In this document: one piece after another, positions 1-64,000 of the stretch
How positions within the stretch are numbered: position 1 is the stretch's first letter
How the letters are laid out: the number at the start of each line of letters is the position of its first letter
Notes under the pieces: model-generated
Database searches by the model: none
The model's input: the letters and a program-made list of their open reading frames with translations, nothing else
Told to the model about the DNA's origin: nothing
Assembly (NCBI GenBank): GCA_012295275.1
Contig: CM022669.1
Coordinates: 8,618,001 to 8,682,000, forward strand
DNA length: 64,000 nucleotides
Origin: Chrysomallon squamiferum
Taxonomy: Eukaryota > Animalia > Mollusca
Direction of reading: 5' to 3'
Position numbers and translations under genes: made by a program

Positions 1-1199
1 AATAAGTATGTTTGCGACTTTAGCTGTCTACGCCCCCAGCCTGATCAGTAAAATATAGCAAAGTTTTAAACTTGTAACGTTCACATTAGCAGATCAAAAA
101 AAAAACAACATCATCATCTATACAAAACATCTGACTGCAGATGAAATTCATGCTTTGTAAGTGTGTGATTTTCTCGTTTATGGAAAATAAATAACTATTA
201 AAATAATTTATATAAGTTATTATATATATATATATATAATAACTATAAATAACTATCTTTTTTCCCTTTATTTCGTTCTTTCATATATTTCTATCATTTT
301 TTTTCTTCTTCTTCTTCTTCTTATTATTATTATACTACTTTATTGTGTAATTTTGCTGTTTAATAGTTACACTGTGCTATTTAATACTTTACATAACTCA
401 ACAGTCACTGTGACCTGATTGCATCAAATTCCTCACACGTTTTAATCACGAGACATTTACCCACAGCGAAAACGTGGGTATCGCATGTTGTGCCCTTGTC
501 TGATAAGGGAAAGATTACACTGTCATTCTAAAAATAGTATATATATTAAATCGAGTTACACAATGAATAAATATAGAATTTCTACTGCAACGTGTTAACC
601 CTATACAAATCCAGAATCTAAATTATAGCGAGTACATGTATATACAGAATTTACATTATGGCAAGTTACAGAGTATATAAAAGTAGACGTTATATTGTGA
701 GGTGTTGCTCTTAATATTTTAAACTCTATCTGTGTGCTTGTTACATCTAAACTTTTTTGTAATTGTGTTTGTGACGTCAAAACCAATCGTGACATTGAGT
801 TTTTTACTACTTGTTATTATTAGGTCTAAATACTGTGTTACAAACTATATGACAAGAAAGCTAGACTGTGTGAAAAAACATCTATTCTACTGGACATAAA
901 ATATAAAATGTAACTATCCTGCTCTGCGAAATAAAATATACTACATAACTATTGTATTATGAAATATATTATATAGAACTATTATGTAAGAAAGTATTAT
1001 TATTGCTATTGCTGTGTTGCTGTCGGGTCATCACTTAAACATCTATCATTTTGTAACTCCGGGCCCACGCATTCGCGAGTTCAACCCTCCTACAAATGCG
1101 CCATCATGATAATATAACACATAGAACATAACTATCAAAACACACACACACACACACACAGTTACCAATATAACAAAAACTTACATATAAATAATTTGA

Positions 1200-1585
1200 T
1201 GTGATATTATTCGACGTCGCGCTCTTTAATAAAACATGCACGTTGGAAAAACGGCGAGGGAGAAAGGAGCAGACGTAATGTTACGAGTACGTTTATATTA
1301 TCAAAAAGTTATCCACACCCACATCACGCGCCTCTTACGATTTGAAGTTCAGGAAGTACACTATCATCATTCATGAATATGTAACAGAATGACAAACCTC
1401 GTTATGGGAGTTGACCTTCACCCTTTGTATAACGTGTGTATGCTCGTTCGCCAACTGTGACAGTGACAGACTTGGAATATTATTGTCCGAGGATATTTAC
1501 ATGTCGATGGAGAGTTCTTTTTACCTGATTCGTTTTGGCGAAGGACAGTTTGGTGTACACTTTGCCAAATTGGTGTTGGAATTTG
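1200..1585 (+). promoter_or_regulatory. Putative promoter and non-coding first exon of the TRPM gene
   Basis: Local CpG enrichment (~1210-1340), ETS-like AGGAAGT near 1351, strong donor TG|GTAAG at 1586; next acceptor at 3737. Confidence 0.4.
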
Positions 1586-1889
1586 GTAAGAAAAAAAGAT
1601 GATGTGTTTCGATAAAATAAGTGCGGTTTTATTTTTATTTTTGTAACACGTGGTTTGACATCATCAGATCATGATTTAGCTTATTTTATAATTTCCTGCA
1701 TGATAATTTAAGTAAATGAAATCAGAACATTAAAAAACATGTTTTATGTTACACTACACACTTTGAATTTTATTATTATTATTATTTTAATTTACTTTTC
1801 ATTTTATTTTTATTTTTATAATTTATATTTATCAGACTGTCAGTGTCAATATGGTAGTGCGTGCTGATATCAAGTTGTAAAAGAAACAT

Positions 1890-2345
1890 TAGTGAAAAGC
1901 GTACATACTTCAATATATACACCTAGCTTAGTTAAAAGAAACACTTACTTCAGTATGTACTTACTTCAGTATATACACCTAGCTTAGTTAAAAGCGTACA
2001 TACTTAAGTATATACACCTAGCTCAGTGAAAAGTGTACTTACTTCAGTATATACACCTAGCTCAGTGAAAAGTGTACTTACTTTAGTATATACACCTAGC
2101 TCAGTGAAGTGTACTTACTTCAGTATACACATCTAGCTCAGTGAAAAGCGTACTTACTTCAGTATATACACCTAGCTCAGTGAAAAGTGTACTTACTTTA
2201 GTATATACACCTAGCTCAGTGAAGTGTACTTACTTCAGTATACACATCTAGCTCAGTGAAAAGCGTACTTACTTCAGTATATACACCTAGCTTCATGAAA
2301 AGTGTACTTCAGTATATACACCTAGCTTAGTGAAAAGTGTACTAG
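1890..2345. repeat. Minisatellite, ~37-39 bp unit (CTTCAGTATATACACCTAGCTCAGTGAAAAGTGTACTTA)
   Basis: About 11 tandem copies. Confidence 0.9.
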
Positions 2346-3761
2346 AACGTACTCACAGTTTTCATTGTGACAAGAACTGTTCTGAAATTTGTATATTAAA
2401 AATATTAAAATCCGTCAATCTTTGTTAATGTAAATAATCATTCAGTCTCCCCATAAAAGAAATCGCATAAAAATAATCATCAGTTCAAAAACCACAGCCT
2501 ACATTTCAAAAGATCATATTGAAAAATGTGTATGCAGTGGAACCTTGGGTTATGATTGCCTTGAAGCATGAATAAATCAGATTATGATCCGTGATCTTGG
2601 GCAATTTTTGTCTCAGTTTATGAATAATGTCCCGAGAAACGAACTACAGCGATGCACCACGACAAGCTTTCTTTTGACATTGGTTTTGAATTCAACATCT
2701 AGTAAAGATAAGAAGAAATGCTTACGTCAAAACCGAGGTCAAAGTAAGGATTATAGGAATGCCTTATAGCAGAATGCATGAATTAGGGCCTTTAGTCTTT
2801 GATAAACAGTTGCAGCTCAATAACTTTTGCACTGAGATTGAGCACTGGCATTTTTTAAAGTGTTTATTTTTATTATATGGTGTGCAAGAAATCAAAAGGT
2901 GGAAAGTATAAATGTATCACTGTAGAGGTTAAGAAAGAAATAATTGAAAATCATGAGAGTGGTGTTTGTGTGTCTGACATCACTTTGGTTTATGAACCAA
3001 GTTCTGGAATGAATTAATTTTTCATAACACAAGGTTCCACTGTATATATTATAATAATTCTGAACTGATGTCACTCTGACCATGACTGTTTTCACTTGAA
3101 ATATAATTATGTTGAGAATCAAATGTTATTTTGAAGTGTGAAGTGGCAAACTCCACTTTTAAAAATAATTCAGGCTTTTGACAATTCTGTTTATAACACA
3201 TTCATAAAAGATTGTTAATAATTTGTTCACCATCCTGTTTTCATGCTTGTCTATCTGTTTGTAACTTGTTAAAAATATTAGTTGATTATTTTAAAGCATT
3301 ACTGGTAGTCGACCAATTTTCCAGCCTCCACAAATCTGGAAAATCCAGAAAACCAGCTACATAATTTATTTTTAATTTGTTACTTTTAAATTTGGCTTGC
3401 TGAAGCTCACTGCTTCACAGCATTTGTTTTGGTTTCCGTGACAGTGCATGGAACAAAACTAGTTTAAGTGAGACTGTTGCTATGCAGAGGTGATCCCCCC
3501 TCACTAAGTCATTGTTATCACCTGTTCAGATGTCTTGAACAACTGTTAAGTAAATATTGTTCCTTATTTGTTGTTTTTTCATCCAATATGTTATACATAG
3601 TATAAATGTATTAATTAAGACAGGTATTAATTTGTACCTGTATCTTCTAAATTAAAAAAAAAAATGTTAAAAATCGAAGACAAATGAAGGGAGGTAACTC
3701 TTGTACAATTGAGATTTACTGTCTGTTTTTTTTTCAGCTATGGTGCACAGCTTCAGGTGGA

Positions 3762-38776
<35,015 letters not shown>

Positions 38777-38799
38777 TTCTAAACACTCACACATACATA

Positions 38800-39260
38800 T
38801 ATTAACTTTACCTAAACACATACAGTAACTTTACCTAAACACATACTTTAACTTTACCTAAACACATACATTAACTTTACGTAAACACATACATTAACTT
38901 TACATAAACACCTTCATTAACTTTACTTAAACATATACATTATCTTTACTTAAACACATACATTAACTTTACTTAAACACATACATTATCTTTATTTAAA
39001 CATATACATTCATTTTACCTAAACACATACATTCACTTTACCTAAACACATACATTAACTTTACCTAAACACTTACATTAACTTTACCCAAACACATACA
39101 TTAACTTTACCGAAACACATACATTAACTTCACCTAAACACATACATTAACTTTACACACGCACACACACACACACACACACATACATACATTAACTTTA
39201 CACAAACACACATGCACACACATTAACTTTACACAAACACATACATATATGAACTTTAAC
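38800..39260. repeat. Minisatellite, ~23-bp unit just after the TRPM stop codon
   Basis: TTAACTTTACCTAAACACATACA repeated. Confidence 0.9.
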
Positions 39261-41206
39261 CACTCTCACACACACATATATTTACACCCACACGCATATA
39301 TACTGTTCAGATGATAAAATAGATATTTGGTGAGATGATAGTGAAATGATGAAACAAAACTGAAGAGGTTACGAAACAGATGAGGAAATACATACCATAT
39401 GGTGAGGTATCAGGTGAGATTAAGAAATAGATACGTACACATGTGATGAATTAGTTGCTTATCTCTACAATAACATTCTAAGTATCTTAAAATTCGGTTT
39501 TCCTTTAATTATTTTAATTTTAGTCTTTGATACTTTTCTATTTTAATGGAATTTTGGTGCATTTTATTTGTAGTTTTAACCAGTTAATAATACAAGTGTT
39601 CAGTGTGAAGTGTCTGGTCAGAGTGCTGGTTTTTAATCTGTCTGTAGCTTTGTTCACTTTTCTGTTTATCACTGAGAAAGTGAAGTGTTTTATAGAAACA
39701 ACAGTACAGACGTTAAATCAAATCATCTTTTATTTTATTTACATTTTTTACAAGCAAGTAAAACATTAGAAGTATTTATTTGTAGTTGTATACAATATTT
39801 ACCTACAACTAACTTTATAAAATAGCTTATTTATTTTTGACATATTTTAATTTTATTCTTTTGTATTTATTTTTGTTTATGTGCAATCATTTACAATGTA
39901 CAGTTTAGTTAGTTATGTATTCTTGGTTATTCAGATATAAGGTGACATGTCAAAAGCTTTTTTAAAATATTATCTTTTAACATTTTCTTTAACACCATTA
40001 AAACTAGTCATATTTATAACAAATCAAATTAATTTTCACAAAATAGTAATTTTTTTATTAGTATTTGTATATCACTTACATAGAACAAATTTTGTTGAGA
40101 AGTTTCTTCTCATTTATTTTTCATTTAATTGTTTAATGTAATGGTGTGGTTGTAATATTAACAGGACAACATATGTTAAAAATGTCCAGAATATATCACA
40201 TTTTACACATGTGACTAACTTTGTGTTACCTAACTTTATGCATTCTTTTTACAAAACACTTCTTATAGTTAAATATTTTTGAGTTTGATAATTTATGTTT
40301 ACTACACAGATATATTTTATAATGTATACATGTATGCATGATACTGTTAATCAAAGTCAGGTTTGACATAATTGCTCTGTTTCAGACTTTGTCTCTAGTT
40401 GAGATTTCTCTGTTCACCCTAAACTATAAGTGACTTTATTTCATTCTCAAAACCATATCTTAACAAAATCAGTTAAATATCAGTTACTAAAATTTTTTGT
40501 CTGTGTGTGTGTGGGGGTGGGTGGGTGTCTGTGTGTGTGAATTTAATAGAAGCTTTGCACATAGTATACAAGAGACTAACATTATATAAAATCACTGTGA
40601 TAATTCACTGGATTTACTGATGTTTGGTAATGGAGTATATAATTATCAGGATTAATGTGAAGTGTTCAGAAAACTTGTTTATCGTTCAGGTGTGTTTTAA
40701 AAAAAAAAAAATGCACAAATAAATTTAATATTTTTGGTGATATTTAATCTTTGAATGTTAATTTTAATTTTTATAATTAAACTGAGTGAGTAGTTATAAT
40801 TGTTTCTTTTATAGATTTAAGGCTGACAAGATTATATATATATATAAAAATTGAAAAAGAAGGTTGGTGCTAACAATGAATTCCTACAGAATATGAGGTG
40901 TTAATAAATATTTTAATTTTTTCATAAAACGAATGTGTTGTGTCTGGATTCATTGGTTGTTGTTCTTTTAAACAGATATTTTTGATCAACATTCTGCTCA
41001 TGAAAATTTATAAAATCTAAACTGGATGATCTATGTATGTACAGACAATGTAAGAGAACTGTTTAATTTTCTTTAAGAAAAAAAATAACAAGAAATCTGA
41101 ATAAACTGCTATCATAATACAAGTTTTTGCTGTTTATTATTATTTTTTTTATATTTATTATTATTATTATTATTTTTTGTATATATAGAATTCCTTTTCT
41201 TTGTTA

Positions 41207-41254
<48 letters not shown>

Positions 41255-42270
41255 GGATGTATTTGTTTAATTGTTACGTGAATTTCGCTAGTTCATGTTA
41301 ACCAGTGAGACGTTCAGGTTACTTGAAAGTTTCTTTATAAAATACTACCCTCACGTGCCGGACAGGAAATACGATGACGAAATGACGTATAATTTATATC
41401 TAGCTGTTCTCTTTCCTTTATAATTTTTTTTTTTTTTTTTTTTTTTCTGCGATATATCCGGACTGACCTATACCGTAGAGGTCGTAGATGTAAGACTAGA
41501 TGTATCAAGGTAATGGAAATCTTTTTACTTCCAGTTGTTAATTTATTGTTGCGTGGCGACCTGTGATCGCTCTAGAAAATTCGTAGTACGCTATGACGTC
41601 ACGACTGCTGAATCATTACAGCGCCAAGATATTTTTATTATTCTGTTGTTTACTGCGGTACTTGATTAAAAATGGGCGGTGATAAAAGATAAAACTTGGA
41701 AGAGTGCGGAATAATTATATTTAGATTAGTTTTTCCGATTGTCCCAAGTTACGTTTCAGTCTGACTTTATATTTGATACGAAATTTGGTTTTGTGTCTAA
41801 TTTTTTAAAAATGTTTTAATTGAATGTAGTAAATACACAGACTGGTAGTTGTATTTATTAAAGTACTATTTTGTTTAGACGCGAAACAATGTGAAAAATG
41901 GCGTCCTGTGACATGATCTTGTGTTAAATTAACCATGAAAGCGAATGAAGTCAGTCACTACAGATTTGACTTTATTGAGAGTATTATAAGAGTATTATAA
42001 TGTTTTGCAACGTCAGTCACAGAGATGTCTTTAAAGAGAATAATTAATTTGAATACAGAAACTGATCTGTGCTGGGGGACACGTGAAGTTCATTAAATAC
42101 ATGCGTGATGGGTCATACAGCAGCGGTACGTGACAAGCGACATCTTTCTTTTCAACAACTCTGTCCTGGACACAATGTCACCCGCCCTTGAGGAAAACAA
42201 CGAAAATGTGGCGGGTTTAAATTAATTATAGAATAATATTAAAAATATACTTGATTATTATAAACGTTTA

Positions 42271-42319
<49 letters not shown>

Positions 42320-42360
42320 CCGCACAGCCATGACAGTTAAATAAAAACATCTAGGTTGGA

Positions 42361-42412
<52 letters not shown>

Positions 42413-43506
42413 TAATTGTGGATGTCAAGTTGATGAAAACGGCCATTAGGAAAAGCTTTGGAAGATTAAAAATTATATTTGTCAAATTTTGAGTTTTCTT
42501 TCCAAAAAAAGAAGGTTTTTATGTTTTTTAAGAAAACGATAAGTAATACTTGTAATCAAAGATTTGTTGTAAATTTAGTTTGTCTCTAAATACGTTTTAA
42601 ATCTTCACTTGTAGTATTATGCACTGTTCACGTATTCCATCCACAAATGAATTCTATTTTGCAACAAAGTATGTCTCGTCTAGATTTGACTTTTTCACTC
42701 GCTTTTTTATTTATTTTAATTTTTTTTAGTACACACACTATTTTAGGTGTTTACACATGTTAAACCCAATTTCTAGTCGGCTAAGTTATGTTTGAGGAGA
42801 AGTTGTAACATTAAAATTAATCGAAAATATTAATTTTCACCAGTTATCTTTAGAGAACTTTATAAGATCATGTTTTTGCTTTTTACTTTATAAAATCATG
42901 TTTTCACTTTTTACTTTATAAAATAATGTTTATAATATTTTACTTTTTACTTCCTATCTCCATTTGAAAGTGAACAGTTCGACTACGTGTAACCAACAGG
43001 CTCATGTATTGCGTCCCAGTTCAAACATCTGACATTGAACATTTAAATAAGTTTACCATAAAATCAGCTCAAAAATTCCCTTCAAGTTGCGCTCCAGGCA
43101 CATGCCATGTTTGCCATAATTATGTCACCAAAATTATTAAGCAGGAGCCAAATTAGTAATCTTTAAGCCTTTAGTACACATTATATTCGCCTAGGTCGTG
43201 TGTCAGCATCGGTACCAGTAATAATAACAATAATAATAATACACCTATTGTTTTACATGCAAGTTAAATGACTGTATTAATGTCAGTTAAATTCATCTGT
43301 ATTAGTTTACTTGACAATGATAACTAGATGATCACATTCATCTGAAAAGACACTCGATATATATATATTGACGTGTACACAGACACCTACACGCTGCTTT
43401 ATTGAATGAGTCGTGCTTACAGCTGCTCACAGACATCTGCTGTGGTGTTTAAATTGAAATCTGGATAAGAAACGGCTACAACACCGTCTTTGCTTTCACT
43501 TCTAAC

Positions 43507-43769
43507 CAGCGGCAATAAGAGGTCTGGTGAAGCCCGGGACCAACTCCTTGACTGTATGCCCCAAAGACTCGAATATAAGGCCTAGTACTGAGAAATGGTA
43601 CGAGAAAGGAAGATATTTTGAGTATGTAAACACAGATGGAACATAAAATAAACACTTTATTCGATTTAAATATAAATCGACCAAATTTACTAAGTTCTTT
43701 CCTCTGATTGGATGCCGGAGGACCCGCCCCTTCGACCCCCCCACACCCACACCATTTTGCACGCCACTG
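43507..43769. mobile_element. Non-autonomous hAT-type MITE (degenerate)
   Basis: Ends CAGCGGC...GCCACTG (imperfect TIR) flanked by 8-bp target-site duplication CTTCTAAC (43499-43506) / CCTCTAAC (43770-43777). Confidence 0.65.
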
Positions 43770-44057
43770 CCTCTAACATTAACCACACGAGAGTCTCGGG
43801 TTTTATTTGCTTCACCCTGTCTACGTAACAGATTTTGTTCCGTCACAAAATGTTATGATACGAATTTGAAACCTTGACAGGCACTTTCGAACTGAAAACA
43901 TTTTAAACAAGTAATAATAATAATAATAATGTATTCAGAAGAGTTTGACAACAGAGAAGATAACTCTGGAAGGACAAACTGGGATATATCTAGGTAGTGT
44001 GCAGTATTGCTTCTTTTTTCGCTTTTTCTGTGTACAAATTAGTAGTAGTATACCACA

Positions 44058-44115
<58 letters not shown>

Positions 44116-44844
44116 GTACACCTTTTTTTTATTTCGGACGAAGAAAACAACAATTAATTCAGTAATTTGCAGGCGCCGGACCATTTATCGGGAAAACTTT
44201 CGACTGGAAATCAGTTTGGTTTCTCTGCGTTTGGGAGCGAATACAGTTTTGAACCTCCACTCGAGTTACTCTGAAATCTTTTAGTATACATTTTGTAAAT
44301 AAAGAATTGATTTTCACCTTTCCCAGGCCGAATACAGAGTCCCAGATACATAATGGTAAAACTGAAATTGAAATGAATTAGGCCTGTATACCAAGTGTAC
44401 TTTCACCTATTTCTGATCATATTATGTGGTTTGGCATCTGAATTTATTTCATCAGCTTGCAGTATTTCTGAAGTATAATTTATATGTTCACATAAATACA
44501 TACACATAAAAACAACACTTGAAAAATAATGATAATATATTTATTTTGTACATGTAGGCAAAAATTGTGTGCGTTTTTAAAAATTGTGCATTGTTACACA
44601 AACATCCAATAATAATTAAGTGTTGTTACACAAACATCCAGTAGTAAATGTTCGTTGTTACACAAACGGACCAATAAAATTGTGCGCAGTTACACAAACA
44701 TACAACAAAACTTGATCATAAATTAATTTTTGTTTACCTGAGAGTTGATGATAATAAACTGATGACAAAATAAATTCACAGAAGATTTCATGAAATTTAA
44801 CAAATGATTTCAAGAACCAGGACTATCATCGCTGAGGTATTTTA

Positions 44845-44909
<65 letters not shown>

Positions 44910-45819
44910 AATAAAAACAGTTTAAACAAATAAGTTTGAGCTACAATGTTAAATGGACTCACTATATTACATACCAAAAACTTGTGTACAACACAGAACT
45001 ATATAAAATAACAAAAATAATCGAACTTACAGGAATTTCTCTTTTGTTTGCAATAAATAACGTGATGATAAAAGAGGTCATTCTAATACATAAAAAAAAA
45101 GTCGTTGTGTGGCCACCATAACGAGTCTCATCTGCTACAGTCATTTAAAAAAAAATCTCATTAGAGGATTTCTACACTGATTTCATTTTATTGATGTGCT
45201 GTTACTGTTTGTGGAGCACACCACCGTGTCTCTGTCAAGGTTGGCGACTGTTTCTAATTAATTAAAGTATAGGGTGGCTATAGCTGCTTAAAGCCTAATA
45301 GTGATGCTGAATTAATACGTGTTGGGACTATCGCTAAATACATGGTCATTTTCACAAGCGGAGTTAATTGGCTGTTCCACTGTCACAACTAGTCTAAAAT
45401 CTCTGGTGCTTGACAATTGTGTAATGACTATGACATCGAAGATGAGTTTTTGTTATAGATGTATACATGGATTTTGTTCTAAGAATCAAAGTAATCGTTA
45501 CCAACCATTTAATTCTCAGTCTAAACAAAGTATTCGTAAATTTTTAAAATTATTTAACTATATTTTCTATATTTTAATCATGAATACTTTTTTTTTTTCA
45601 AATCCTCTGGCTGATATACTGATATGTTGTTTATATTTAGATTATTGTAAACCCACCGTCTTGTTATAATTATATTGAATTCTGTTTGTTTGTATTCTCA
45701 TATGCCGCAGACAACGGTCTGAGTCTAAAAATAAAGCTCATTTCAAATTGCAGTACGTACCAAACAGCAGTCTAAGATGGTTTTTAATGATTATTCTACA
45801 TCTAAGGACACAGAATCTC

Positions 45820-46130
45820 TGATGTTCTGACAGTCACTGTAATATGTGATGTTCTTATAGTCAGTGTAATATATGATGTTCTTGTAGTCACTATGTGATG
45901 TTCTGACCGTTACTATAATATGTGAAGATCTGACAGTCACTGTGATATTTCTATATTCTGACAGCTACAGTAATATGTGCAGTCCTGACAGTCACTGTAA
46001 TATTTCTATATTCTGAGAGCTACAGTAATATGTGCAGTCCTGACAGTCACTGTAATATTTCTATATTCTGACAGCTACAGTAATATGTGATGTTCTGACA
46101 GTCATTGTAATAGTTCTATAGTCTGACGGC
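45820..46130. repeat. Minisatellite, ~27-bp unit in rGC 3' UTR region
   Basis: CTGACAGTCACTGTAATATGTGATGTT repeated. Confidence 0.85.
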
Positions 46131-46215
46131 TATTGCACGTTACTATCACAGTCGTCTCAAACTCTCCCAAAACAAGACGATTCTGTGACTGCTCGTGACT
46201 CTAAGTGTAGCGATG

Positions 46216-63892
<17,677 letters not shown>

Positions 63893-64000
63893 CTGTCGTA
63901 AAAAAACAATGCAGTCTAGTCATTACACTGTGAGTTAAATCTGGTGTTAAAAAAACAATACATCTAGTCAGTACACTGTGAGTTAAATCTGGTGTTAAAA

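Noticed and set aside
43502-43846. 114-aa minus-strand ORF
   Set aside because: Overlaps the MITE; no transposase or other motif.

Overview
AT-rich eukaryotic (animal, most likely invertebrate such as a mollusc; inferred, not proven) genomic DNA carrying two convergent multi-exon genes. On + is a TRPM1/TRPM3-type cation channel (candidate alternative first coding exons at 3762 and 11309, core exons 20086-38776) with three reading-frame breaks and one missing splice donor. On - is a natriuretic-peptide-receptor-like membrane guanylyl cyclase (20 exons, 63892 to 46216), intact but 5'-truncated by the window edge. Introns are full of micro- and minisatellites. The most striking pattern is that many minisatellites start at, or are tandem copies of, the exon-intron junctions themselves, giving arrays of decoy splice donors/acceptors in both genes. 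Also seen: a 15-nt candidate microexon, a candidate exitron, an Arg next to the S6 gate, a 94-nt intronic hairpin, a 52-bp inverted-repeat pair and a hAT-type MITE. Exon boundaries were read by hand from GT/AG and phase continuity; copy numbers are approximate.
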